DNA of 64,000 nucleotides from Candidatus Borrarchaeum weybense (GTDB taxonomy: Archaea; Asgardarchaeota; Sifarchaeia; Borrarchaeales; Borrarchaeaceae): positions 779,685 through 843,684 of the forward strand of contig JAHQJS010000007.1 in NCBI GenBank assembly GCA_019057385.1, read 5' to 3'. Below, one piece after another: positions 39,401 through 49,540 of the stretch. Numbering within the stretch: position 1 is the first letter of the stretch; every line of letters begins with the position of its first letter. The notes below the pieces were generated by a model. It searched no databases. It was not told the origin of the DNA and saw only the letters and a list, made by a program, of their open reading frames with translations. The position numbers and the translations under genes are program-made.

Positions 39401-40702
39401 ATGACTGACTTAGAAAAATTGCTACAGAGATTAAACGATAAGGACTCTAGGGGAAGGGAAGAGGCACTGTACGCCTTGGGTGAACTTGGTGATATACGTG
39501 CTGTAAAGCCACTGATTGATATACTCAAAGATCCTTCGATCCGATTGCGAAAAGGTGCTGCTGTGGCGTTAGGTTGGCTGAAAGATAAAAGGGCTGTTGA
39601 TCCTCTTTTAAAGTATCTTAAAACGGCTCAGGCGAGTGAGTTTAGTTCAATAACTTATGCACTCAGCGAATTAAAAGATAAGAAGGCAGTTGAACCGCTA
39701 ATTCAAATAGCGCTTGGATCGGATTCTCAACAGATACGCAAACCGTGTATTCGTGCGCTAGGCAAAATGGATGATAAGAGAGCAATAATTCCATTAATAG
39801 AAATTATTACAAATGAAAAAGAAGCTCTGGATTTTCAAAATTTCACTAAGGAAATTCTTGACAGAATGTTAGATGACGAAGGAATTAATGAGCTTATCAA
39901 AGCGTTTGATTATCCATATGAGGGGGTAAAATGGTTTGCATCAAGAAAATTAAGGGACTTAAGCGATAAAAGTTTTGAACCGCTTGTCCATGCTATAAAA
40001 GAAGGAAGTGGAGATCTAAGGAAATATTCTATTATAACAGTTGCAGAAATAGAGAATTCAAAAAATATTGATTTCCTTAATCAATTCATTAACGATGACC
40101 AATTGAAATACTATGCTGCAGTAGCATTAAGCCGAGGCGATACACAGGTTGTAAATATTTTAATTGAAGGACTTAAACACCCTTCAACATGGGTAAGAGA
40201 ACATTCTGCTTTAGCGTTAGGCAGGACAAAAGATAAGAAAGGCTTTGGTGTTTTAATTGCGGCACTTAAAGATCCAAGACGAGAAGTTCGCGCTGCTGCA
40301 GCAACAGCTTTAGGTGAACTGAGAGATGAAAACGCTATAGAGCCATTAATTCAAGCGATAGTTGATGAAACAAATGAGAACTACTATACGAAAGGTGCTT
40401 TTGTTCGGGAAGCTATCGCTAATGCCCTCGGGAAAATAGGTGGGGCTTCTGAACGTCTTTTAGAGCTTGCTAAAAATGAGAATATTAGATGGAATATTCG
40501 ATTTTTTTTCATAGTCGCTTTAGTTGAAATGGGAAACGAACAGGGAATAGATCTCATAATAGAAGGAATGAATCACTCTTTATGGTATATGCGTTATAAC
40601 TGTTCTAGGATACTCAAACGATTTGTCAAGGAAAAAAAGATTCCACTTGAGAAAATTAGAAAACCAATTGCATATTTCTTTGATCCTAGAGTTATTCGCT
40701 GA
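39401..40702 (+). CDS. HEAT (PBS lyase-like) repeat protein, paralog 2
   Basis: Colinear paralog of 37885-39186. Confidence 0.9.
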   Translation: MTDLEKLLQRLNDKDSRGREEALYALGELGDIRAVKPLIDILKDPSIRLRKGAAVALGWLKDKRAVDPLLKYLKTAQASEFSSITYALSELKDKKAVEPLIQIALGSDSQQIRKPCIRALGKMDDKRAIIPLIEIITNEKEALDFQNFTKEILDRMLDDEGINELIKAFDYPYEGVKWFASRKLRDLSDKSFEPLVHAIKEGSGDLRKYSIITVAEIENSKNIDFLNQFINDDQLKYYAAVALSRGDTQVVNILIEGLKHPSTWVREHSALALGRTKDKKGFGVLIAALKDPRREVRAAAATALGELRDENAIEPLIQAIVDETNENYYTKGAFVREAIANALGKIGGASERLLELAKNENIRWNIRFFFIVALVEMGNEQGIDLIIEGMNHSLWYMRYNCSRILKRFVKEKKIPLEKIRKPIAYFFDPRVIR

Positions 40703-40839
40703 ACACTCCAGTTTACACATCGGAGTTGTGAGTTCGATGTGATATAATAAAGATTTATATAATGCTCAGTATATATGGTCATATGTCGATATACAAAAGA
40801 AATCAGTATTTTGTATTTTAAAGAGTTTTAGGCGTGTTT

Positions 40840-41145
40840 ATGATGGCTCCAGCAAACATGATTCGTGCAAAGGTATTTAAAGCAATCGCAGATCCTACTA
40901 GACTCGAAATAATCGAATTCTTGAAAGATAGCGAGAAATGCCAATGCGAAATCCACCCAGAATTGGAAAAAAGCCAGTCTACGGTCTCGCAACACCTAAA
41001 GATTTTGTTAGACTGTGGGATTTTGGCTTTCAGACGCGATGGCCAAAAAAAGATGTACAAAATAAAAGACCCAGATGTACTGCAAATTATTGAGTTAATT
41101 GATGACATAATAACAAAACACTATTCACAATTTATTTTAACTTAA
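40840..41145 (+). CDS. ArsR/SmtB family transcriptional regulator
   Basis: FKAIADPTRLEII, CQCEI, SQSTVSQHLKIL. Confidence 0.92.
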   Translation: MMAPANMIRAKVFKAIADPTRLEIIEFLKDSEKCQCEIHPELEKSQSTVSQHLKILLDCGILAFRRDGQKKMYKIKDPDVLQIIELIDDIITKHYSQFILT

Positions 41146-41265
41146 ACAAACCAAATTGCCTATGACGAATCTAAGACGTAAGATATTCGAGTTTAATCTT
41201 TAAATTGAATTGTTCAAGAATTTCTTATGCTATAAAATACTTAAATCCTTAGATGGAGGCTTTGC

Positions 41266-41724
41266 ATGTCCCTTGAAGTAGAGGAAGATGAGGACGAATT
41301 CAGAGTGAATTACAATAACAATGTGATGCATTTTCCCAAGCATATATATTATACAGAACAAGATTTGTGGATGAGAGTAGGGGAGGTTAGCGGAATTGCA
41401 ACAGTTGGGCTAACTGACTATTCTTTATTATTACTTAGTGAAATTACTTCTTTAGAAATTAAAACAGATCCTGATACTGTTGTTTCGCCCATGGAAGAGA
41501 TCGGTTTTATAAAATCAAATAAAACTGAATTGAAAATATTTCCACCTGTTTCAGGAAAAATAATTGCCATAAATAGCAGGCTTAAAGATCAACCAAATGT
41601 AGGACGAGACAATTATGAGAGAGGATGGCTGTTCAAAATAAGTCCAAGTGAACTAGATTCGGAACTTCGTGATTTGTGCATTAATGCGAAATACTATGTT
41701 AAAGTCTTGCAAGAACGTTTGTAA
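41266..41724 (+). CDS. Glycine cleavage H-like lipoyl-carrier protein (divergent)
   Basis: YYTEQDLW, TVGLTDY, IKSNK (lipoyl-Lys position), PVSGKI..IN, YERGWLFKI; the stop codon comes from the IS right end. Confidence 0.8.
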   Translation: MSLEVEEDEDEFRVNYNNNVMHFPKHIYYTEQDLWMRVGEVSGIATVGLTDYSLLLLSEITSLEIKTDPDTVVSPMEEIGFIKSNKTELKIFPPVSGKIIAINSRLKDQPNVGRDNYERGWLFKISPSELDSELRDLCINAKYYVKVLQERL

Positions 41725-42996
41725 ACTACCTCACGTTAAAGCTGTGAGGCTTTTAGCTGTACTTAGTTTCAGTCCCCTTCTGTGCAGAAGAGTTTCAACC
41801 TCATCGCACGCTAACACATGGGCGTGTTTACCACAGCCCAGCCCAGTAATCCGCATGTAGCGTCGGGCTATATTTCGTGCACCGTTTAAATCGGAATTCA
41901 GGGTATGACAACAGGTACGACATACAAAGAAGCCACGATGGCGGGAGGTGTTCCGGCTATGACAACGATTGCATTCCTTACTGGTATAGTGGGGGCGAAC
42001 ATAGACTACCCTGACGCCTTTCAGGGTCGCTTTGTACTCCAAAAAGCGTTGCAGTTCCCGGAAGGCCCATTTATGTACCCACCTGTTATATTTAGCTGTC
42101 TTCCTGATGTAGGTCAGTTCCTCCATCACCAGCACGTCGCCTTCGGACAGTTTCTCCACAATTCGCTTGGAGATGTTGTGGTTGACCCAGGTCATAAACC
42201 GTTTCCACGCGCCACTCACGCGTTGTAGTTTGCGTTTCGCGGCACGTGTGCCTTTAGACTGGAGTTCCGCCACCAAGCGCTCCCAGCGGATCCGTTGCTG
42301 TTTGACACTACCGAAGAACTCGGCGTCACTGGTTACTGCCAGCGTATTGACTCCTAAATCGACACCCAGTATTTTGCAGTGGTTGGTAGCTGTTGGCTGG
42401 AGGGTGGTCTCTTTGGAAAAGGTAAAGCAGAAGAAAAACCGCCCTTTGTAGTCCTTGATCAGGGTGCTCTCGCCCAGTTTCCAGGCCAGATAGGGCTCAA
42501 ATACTTCCGGAATCACTACTTGGAATCTGACACGCCCCTTAAGAGTTGACAATGAGAGACACGTCCAGTCTTTGGATACAGAGGCACAGCGCGGGAAATT
42601 ATACCTGATCGCCAGTTCTGGGGAGACTTCTGGTTTGGATCGCGCCCGTTTGACCATTTCAACCGCCTGAGTAATGGCATTGATCACCAGTTGCGCCTGT
42701 AGACCGAAACGCGCTTTCACCTCATATTAACAGCGTGGTTGCAATGCTGCCTTAGAGGTAATCTGATGTTGCCAGGCGACTTCAATGCAAAATTGGACCG
42801 CCTGCGCATAGACCCGCATGGTGTCATTCAGGACTTCAGAACCCTCAGCCAGTTTAACTTTGGCGGTCACCACCACTTTCATGAGAGAATATTATGAGCG
42901 TAACATTATTTAAAGGCAGAGAGACCCTGCTATAACTGAAACAGTGCCTCAATTCCTCCCCACCCTGAAGGATTGGTGCTTCCTTGAGGCGGAACC
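41721..42996 (-). mobile_element. IS200/IS605-family (tnpB only) element 2
   Basis: Left-end hairpin 3' of TTCAC; right end AAGCCTCACAGCTTTAACGTGAGGTAGTTTAC; higher GC than the host. Confidence 0.88.
41731..42882 (-). pseudogene. tnpB: tnpB with an in-frame TAA at codon 52 (42727-42729)
   Basis: MKVVVTAKVKL...LQPRC*YEVKARFG...; GVDLG, VMEEL, PHYTSKECNRC, SDLNGA otherwise intact. Confidence 0.9.
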
Positions 42997-43062
42997 GTGA
43001 AAAGAATTGAAAAATAAGTACATATACAGAGCTATTAGGGAAGATAAGTGCATCGTCTCTTG

Positions 43063-43608
43063 TTAGAATGAAAGTCCAAATTCATATGCCTTTTTCATTG
43101 CTTCTTGATTCTCTTTAATTTCTCCTTTTTCATACGCTTTTGCTAAGAGTGTTCCAATAAATCTCATTTTCAAATAATCGAATGACATGTTAAACATATC
43201 AACTATAGGTCTACAGGCATCCGCACCTTCTTCCGAGGGAGTTACAAGAACGAATTTCTTACCTTCTAGTTTTCTGTTTGCAACAAAAGGTCTCATTCTA
43301 TCAATTAGAAGTTTCATCTTTCCAGTTGGTCCATACCAGTAGAGTGGAGTCCCAAATATGATTAAATCTGCCTCTTCCATTTTTGGATAAATCTCTTGCA
43401 TTCCATCATATAGGGGGCAGACGTAATCAGCTTTTTTACAAGCACGGCAATCAATACAAGGCGCTATATCATATTCGTACAGATACAATTTTTCGTTCTT
43501 ATGACCTTTTTTTTCACTGCCCTTCAAAATCTCTTCAACTAGTATGTCTGTATTACCCTCTTTTCTGGGACTGCCAATTAATGCCAAGATCTTCATAATA
43601 TCCCTCAT
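43063..43608 (-). CDS. Flavodoxin-like iron-sulfur flavoprotein / NADPH-dependent FMN reductase
   Basis: GSPRKEGNT, CIDCRAC...C, GTPLYW, K.LIDR. Confidence 0.9.
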   Translation of the reverse strand: MRDIMKILALIGSPRKEGNTDILVEEILKGSEKKGHKNEKLYLYEYDIAPCIDCRACKKADYVCPLYDGMQEIYPKMEEADLIIFGTPLYWYGPTGKMKLLIDRMRPFVANRKLEGKKFVLVTPSEEGADACRPIVDMFNMSFDYLKMRFIGTLLAKAYEKGEIKENQEAMKKAYEFGLSF

Positions 43609-43647
43609 TAGGTCTTAGTTGTTCAGCGACATTTTCTCGTTCTTGAG

Positions 43648-44172
43648 TCAAATATCCGAAAGAGTTTTTATGATTTCTTTACAGAAGGCAGGGAGGTCAT
43701 CTGGTGTGCGAGAAGTGATTATGTTTCCATCTCTAACAACTTCTTGATCAAGATAAGTCGCTCCAGCATTTACCAGATCATCCTTTATTGCATAAAAACA
43801 TGTCGCCTTACGATCTTCTAAAAGATTTGCTGATATCAACAACCAAGGACCATGGCAAATTGCTGCGACAGGTCCTTTTTTATAAACCTCTTGAACTAGT
43901 TTAATCATCTTAGGATAGCGTCTAAAGCGATCTGGAGCGTAACCTCCAGGAATAACCAATGCATCAAGCTCATCAGAAGAAATCTTGTTGATATCAGTGT
44001 CAACTTTAACTGGAAGTCCATGTTTCCCGACATAATTTTCTTTCAATCCAGTTCCTATAAGTATAATCTTTGCACCTTCTTCTCTTAATCTATGTACAGG
44101 ATACCATAATTCAAGATCTTCGTATAAATCCTCTGCTAAAATTCCAATAGTCTTTCCTTCTAACTGTCCCAT
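43648..44172 (-). CDS. pfpI: PfpI/DJ-1 family protein (type 1 glutamine amidotransferase-like)
   Basis: EDLEL, PGG, AICHGP, TSRTPDDL. Confidence 0.92.
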   Translation of the reverse strand: MGQLEGKTIGILAEDLYEDLELWYPVHRLREEGAKIILIGTGLKENYVGKHGLPVKVDTDINKISSDELDALVIPGGYAPDRFRRYPKMIKLVQEVYKKGPVAAICHGPWLLISANLLEDRKATCFYAIKDDLVNAGATYLDQEVVRDGNIITSRTPDDLPAFCKEIIKTLSDI

Positions 44173-44309
44173 CCAAATTCCTCCTTCAACGACAATTTGA
44201 AACCTGTATATTCAACACCGCATAAAAATGATATCCATTTATGCAATAATGCATAAAAACACACTTTTTTATATGAACTACTCCTTTAATAGATTTCTTG
44301 GGTGTAAAA

Positions 44310-45842
44310 ATGGTGCAAGCTATGATCAATACAAAATTGATGCAGGCAGTTCAAGATATGATTGGTGAACTTTCAACTAGCCTAGGAGAAGATAAATTAT
44401 CAATTGATAAGCCTACAAGACTTGTTTATAGAATTACTCACGGTCCTGAGGCGCTTCTACACGAAAGTTTAGATGATTTCACACCAGCAGCAATAGTGAG
44501 ACCAACATCCACGGAAGACGTTCAAACGATCGTTAAACTTGCAGATAAGTATGAGGTTCCGATCGTACCTCAAGGTGGACGAACATGCACATATGGGGCA
44601 GAAGCGATACGTGATTGCATTGTGATCGATACTGCTACAATGGATAAAATCCTTGAAATCGACGAAGGGAGTTATCGAATTACTGCTGAAGCAGGAGTGC
44701 GTGTTGTTGACTTTCACAGATACCTAGAAGAAAGAGGCTTCATGTGTGTAGACTTTCCAACAATGAATAAAGCAGCCACTTTAGGGGCTCGTGCCGCTCT
44801 TAATGGCTATAATAAGTTCGAAAATCGATGGGGAAGCTCAGGATATCATATTAAGGGATTAGAAGTCGTTTTACCCAATGGGGAGGCTGTCTGGCTTGGT
44901 AGAGGAACTAGTGCACCTACAAAATCAGTTGTAGGGCTTAATATGATGGACCTCTTCATTGGATCAAGAGGAACTCTGGGGGTTGTTACAAAAGTAACTG
45001 AACGCTTTATTGATATGCCTCCTAGCTATCACTATGGAATTAGAGCGTTTAAGGACTACGAAGACGGGCTTAAGACATATATAGATCTTAGAAAACCTTT
45101 GAATGCTGGTCTATTATGGAGATCAAAGGTATATCATAAATGGTTTTTGAGTCAAGCTGTAAAGGGTATGCTTGAGATTGATTTCCCAGATGATGTTGAA
45201 ATGTTGGTGGATTACCATATTCTAGGCGAGCCTGATGTTGTTGAACAAATGGAAAAACATGCAATAAGAATAATGGAAGACCACAATGGGTTTTGGAGAG
45301 ATGATATGCCCCCAACAGACATTATAGGAAGAATGCATGAGACAATAGAGAAATACATGGGAATGGGAGGATTATGGAGCGACCGGATTATAAATGGAGG
45401 AATGGCTAATCGAATAATTCCTCTAGACCCGATGATTCCTGATTCCAAGCTTTTAGAATATTATAAAGAATACTTGAAACTACTCCGCGAGATAGAAGAC
45501 GGTGAAAGTTATCCCGCGCTGACAGATAGTATGAAAGTCCTTAATCCAGCAGGACCAGTCCCTGGAGATGTAGGTTATAGCAAGATATGGATACTACTAC
45601 TTGCAAATTGGAATAAATGGGACAATGAAACGCGTAAAGAATTCAAAGACTGGTTCAGACGTCATGCTGAACTAGCATTGCGTTTTGATGGATCAATAAC
45701 AGGTACTCATGGCTTTATACCAAGAGAAATGGAAGTTGAACTTGTAAGAAAAGAAGTCGGTGAGAAAACCTACGAGTTCATGAAGATGATCAAAAAAACT
45801 ATTGACCCAAAGAACATTATGAATCCTAAGGTACGATTTTAG
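44310..45842 (+). CDS. FAD-binding oxidoreductase (GlcD-like)
   Basis: PAAIVRP, PQGGRT, AEAGV, GSRGTLGV, GTHG, DPKNIMNP. Confidence 0.88.
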   Translation: MVQAMINTKLMQAVQDMIGELSTSLGEDKLSIDKPTRLVYRITHGPEALLHESLDDFTPAAIVRPTSTEDVQTIVKLADKYEVPIVPQGGRTCTYGAEAIRDCIVIDTATMDKILEIDEGSYRITAEAGVRVVDFHRYLEERGFMCVDFPTMNKAATLGARAALNGYNKFENRWGSSGYHIKGLEVVLPNGEAVWLGRGTSAPTKSVVGLNMMDLFIGSRGTLGVVTKVTERFIDMPPSYHYGIRAFKDYEDGLKTYIDLRKPLNAGLLWRSKVYHKWFLSQAVKGMLEIDFPDDVEMLVDYHILGEPDVVEQMEKHAIRIMEDHNGFWRDDMPPTDIIGRMHETIEKYMGMGGLWSDRIINGGMANRIIPLDPMIPDSKLLEYYKEYLKLLREIEDGESYPALTDSMKVLNPAGPVPGDVGYSKIWILLLANWNKWDNETRKEFKDWFRRHAELALRFDGSITGTHGFIPREMEVELVRKEVGEKTYEFMKMIKKTIDPKNIMNPKVRF

Positions 45843-45849
45843 ATGATAG

Positions 45850-47049
45850 ATGGTGATCTTAATGAGCGAAGAAATGGATGAACCCTTAACTTTACAGGAC
45901 CAAGAGCCACAACTATGGACTTGTATTTGTTGCTATTGTGGATTATGCATTGAAAGTTGTCCAGCCTATAGAGAATTGAAAAATGAGGCTGTTTCGGCAA
46001 GAGGAATCTCTCAAGTTGCGTTGGGTATTGCTTGGGATGAAATTGACCTCTCTGAGTTGTCGGATGATATCGTCTATGCTTGTACTGGGTGTAGATGGTG
46101 TGACTGGATTTGTTCACAAAATACTCCAATTAAAATAGTCCGTGACGGTTCAAGAAAAACAAGAGTAAGTGGTGCAACTGTATCAGAAATTCTGAGATCC
46201 ATGAAAGCAGAAGAAGGAACGATTCCTCCCGAGATTCGAGATGCTCTCAATAATATTGTAAAGCATGGAAACCCTTATGGTGGTCCAAAGGCGCAAAAAG
46301 ACAAATGGGTAGATGACCTTGGCATGAAAATAGATGGTTCAGAGACTATACTCTATGTAGGATCAACGGTTCCATACGACGATAGAGCTGCCAGAGCTGC
46401 AGAAGCATTAGTTAGCGTTTTCAAAAAAGCAAACCTAAATTTCGGTATACTAGGTAGCGAAGAAATAGATAGCGGTGCTTTTTCAAGAATGATGGGTGAA
46501 GAAGGCCTATTTTTTGAAATGTATGATTCGCTAATAGAGACTTTCGAGAAATATGGAATTAAAAAAATAATTTGTCTCTCTCCACATGATTACGATACTT
46601 TCAGAGAATATTACTATGATATTGATGGCATCGAAGTCAAGCATTATACAGAAGTACTCTGGGAAATGATTGATAGTGGCAAAATAGAATTTAATAACGA
46701 ATTTGATCAAAGAGTCACATACCACGATCCTTGTTATTTGGGGCGACGAAGTGAAATATATGATGCTCCACGAAAAATATTGCAGAGCATACCAAAACTA
46801 GATTTCGTTGAAATGTATTTTACAAGAGAGAATGCGCATTGTTGTGGTGGTGGAGGCACTGGACTCTGGCTAGATCTCCCTAAAATCAACATGGATATGA
46901 CGCGTTCTGATGAAGCTAAAGAAAAAGACGTGGATTATTTAGCTGTTGCATGTCCTATTTGCCTGCAAATGCTTGACAGTGCTATGAAGAGCAAGGATTA
47001 TGAAATAGAGGTTAGAGACATTGCTGAAATTGTAGAAAAAGCAATGTAG
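45850..47049 (+). CDS. Fe-S oxidoreductase with CCG domains
   Basis: CCYCGLC..CP, CTGCRWC..C, YHDPCYLGR, CCGGGG, CPIC; first CCG domain degenerate. Confidence 0.88.
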   Translation: MVILMSEEMDEPLTLQDQEPQLWTCICCYCGLCIESCPAYRELKNEAVSARGISQVALGIAWDEIDLSELSDDIVYACTGCRWCDWICSQNTPIKIVRDGSRKTRVSGATVSEILRSMKAEEGTIPPEIRDALNNIVKHGNPYGGPKAQKDKWVDDLGMKIDGSETILYVGSTVPYDDRAARAAEALVSVFKKANLNFGILGSEEIDSGAFSRMMGEEGLFFEMYDSLIETFEKYGIKKIICLSPHDYDTFREYYYDIDGIEVKHYTEVLWEMIDSGKIEFNNEFDQRVTYHDPCYLGRRSEIYDAPRKILQSIPKLDFVEMYFTRENAHCCGGGGTGLWLDLPKINMDMTRSDEAKEKDVDYLAVACPICLQMLDSAMKSKDYEIEVRDIAEIVEKAM

Positions 47050-47111
47050 CCAATTATTTCTCTCACCATTTTTTTTAAATTTCTTTAAGAAAAAGAAAGG
47101 TGATCTGCAGT

Positions 47112-48077
47112 CTACATTTCTGAGTGTTTGCATAGTTCGAGGAGTCTGTTCCATTCTTTATCGACGTATTCTTGAATGACATTAATGATTACTTCATTTT
47201 TTTCTGGCTTGAATAGGTGTCTGAGTCGTCCTTGATACTTAAGATATTCTTCAATAGGGATTTTAGATGCTTTTTTGTCTGGATGATTTATAGTAAATTT
47301 GTGTCCCCACTCAATTTCATACAAAGGAAAGAATCGTGATTCGACTGCCAGGCGAGCCACTTGAATGCTCATGCTAGTATCAAATCTCCAGCCTCTGGTG
47401 CAGGGTTGAATACAATGCACAAAGGCAGGACCCTTGATATCTACTGCTCGTTTTACTTTTCGTACAAAATCTAAAGGATATGCAACACTGGCAGTTGCAG
47501 CGTATTCTAATCCGTGTGCAGCAATAATACGAATTAAAGGCTTCTTAGATCTTTTCTTACCTTGCTGGACTTTTCCAACTGGTGAAGTTGTCGTCCATGC
47601 TGCGTGCATGGTTGCCCCACTTCTTTGAATACCTGTGTTCATATATGCCTCATTGTCATAACAAATGTAAGCAAAGTCTTCACCGCGATCTATAGCTCCA
47701 CTTATTGATTGTAAACCAATATCATAAGTCCCGCCATCACCGCCTATAGTAACAACTTCAATATCGCGTTTTAGTATCTCACCCTTTCTCATTAATACGT
47801 CAAGACCTGCACGTACGCCTGAAGCTGTAGCTGCTGCATTTTCAAATGCATTGTGTATCCACGGGACACTCCACGCATTATGTGGGAAAATTGTGCCGGA
47901 TACTTCAAGGCATCCTGTAGCATTCACTACGATTAAGGGTTTATCAACTGCCTTTGTCATAAGTCGTGCAATTGTTCCTGCACCACAACCTGTACAAAGC
48001 CTATGTCCAGAATTAAATCGTTCTTCTTTTGGTAAATCTGAAAGTTTTGTTGGATAATCTGATGTCATTTTACTCAC
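47112..48077 (-). CDS. porB: Pyruvate/2-oxoacid:ferredoxin oxidoreductase beta subunit
   Basis: GHRLCTGCG, ATGCLEV, FENAAA, GGDGG..DIG, YDNEAYMNTGIQRS. Confidence 0.93.
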   Translation of the reverse strand: MSKMTSDYPTKLSDLPKEERFNSGHRLCTGCGAGTIARLMTKAVDKPLIVVNATGCLEVSGTIFPHNAWSVPWIHNAFENAAATASGVRAGLDVLMRKGEILKRDIEVVTIGGDGGTYDIGLQSISGAIDRGEDFAYICYDNEAYMNTGIQRSGATMHAAWTTTSPVGKVQQGKKRSKKPLIRIIAAHGLEYAATASVAYPLDFVRKVKRAVDIKGPAFVHCIQPCTRGWRFDTSMSIQVARLAVESRFFPLYEIEWGHKFTINHPDKKASKIPIEEYLKYQGRLRHLFKPEKNEVIINVIQEYVDKEWNRLLELCKHSEM

Positions 48078-49264
48078 ACCTCTTTCCTAATACCATACCA
48101 CGTAATTGGCTGTTCAACTACTCCTTTCTTCAAGTCATCATACAGTATCTCATACATTTTCTTGAAATCAGCAATTGTGACATCTCTACCACCAAGACCT
48201 GCTATGAAATTCCTGAAAAGAGGACCTTCTCTTCCGGTATTCATTGTACTTGAAGTTTCGCTAAATGCGGGCCCATAGCTCCCGAAAGAGACCGCCCTAT
48301 CTACAACACCACACGCCTGAACTTCTCTTAGTGCAATACGCATTTCTTCAATAGGAAATGGTCTAAAACAACGTAATTTTACAAGTCCTACCCTCTCTCC
48401 TTCTTCTCGCATTTCATCTACAGTTGCTTTAGCAGTCCCGGTAAGTGAGCCCATCGTCACAAGAGCTACTTCAGCGTCATCCATGTGATAAGATTCAACA
48501 ATTGGATAATAACGTCCCCATCTATCACCAAATTCTTCTACTACATCTTTCATAACGTTTTTTGCATTGCGCATTGCTTCGTTTTGAGCTTTTTTAATAT
48601 CCATATAGTACTCAGGAAACGCACACGTGCCGACTGCGATCGGAGCATCAACATCAAGCCTGTAAAGTGGATCACGTCTTGGTAGAAATCCATCGATCGT
48701 TTTTTTGTCAGTAGGCTCAATGATTGCTACAGGCTCAATAGAATGGCTTAAAATGAACCCATCCAAGCATACCATTACTGGCAGAGAAACTCGTCTATCC
48801 TCCCCGACTTTAAACGCTTGAATTGTGCTATCGTAAGCCTCTTGACAATCTTCAACAAACCATTGAATCCATCCAGAGTCCCGCGCTAACATTGCATCAT
48901 TATGGTCACACCAGATGCTAATTGGTCCAGAAAGTGCACGATTTACGACTGTCATTACGACTGGAAATCTGGCTGATGCTACCAAGTACAAAATTTCACA
49001 CATTAGCGCTACTCCTTGAGATGCTGTAGCAGTATATACTCTTGCACCCGTTGAAGAGGCTCCATAACATGCAGACATAGCAGAATGTTCTGATTCAACG
49101 GTTATATATTCACAGTCGAGTTCTCCGTCTGCAACAAACTCTGATAGACGCTCGACAATAATTGTTTGAGGTGTAATAGGAAAAGCCGCAACTACGTCAG
49201 GATTACATAATTTTGCTGCTTCTGCAACCGCAAAATCACCCATCATCCCTAAGACTTTTGTCAT
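48074..49264 (-). CDS. porA: Pyruvate/2-oxoacid:ferredoxin oxidoreductase alpha subunit
   Basis: AFPITPQT, VESEHSAMS, TATASQG, DGFILSH, GLGGRD. Confidence 0.93.
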   Translation of the reverse strand: MTKVLGMMGDFAVAEAAKLCNPDVVAAFPITPQTIIVERLSEFVADGELDCEYITVESEHSAMSACYGASSTGARVYTATASQGVALMCEILYLVASARFPVVMTVVNRALSGPISIWCDHNDAMLARDSGWIQWFVEDCQEAYDSTIQAFKVGEDRRVSLPVMVCLDGFILSHSIEPVAIIEPTDKKTIDGFLPRRDPLYRLDVDAPIAVGTCAFPEYYMDIKKAQNEAMRNAKNVMKDVVEEFGDRWGRYYPIVESYHMDDAEVALVTMGSLTGTAKATVDEMREEGERVGLVKLRCFRPFPIEEMRIALREVQACGVVDRAVSFGSYGPAFSETSSTMNTGREGPLFRNFIAGLGGRDVTIADFKKMYEILYDDLKKGVVEQPITWYGIRKEV

Positions 49265-49540
49265 TTACAAATTTCACATCCCTAGTAGGATAATAATTCC
49301 ATTTAAATTTCCGCAAACTTCCTTTTAGTTCAATTTATCTGATATATATTTCTTACTTTTTTGAAAACTTTATTCAGAGATTTCGGATGTTTAATTATTT
49401 TTAAACCAAAAAGTTAAAAGATTTGATTATGTTATGCCTCAAAATAACAACTCTAATAATATGGCTCAAAACAATTAAGAGCCAATTTCATACCTTTTGA
49501 CGTCTGTTGTTAGAACCATTTAGTGAATACTTGGTGAATA

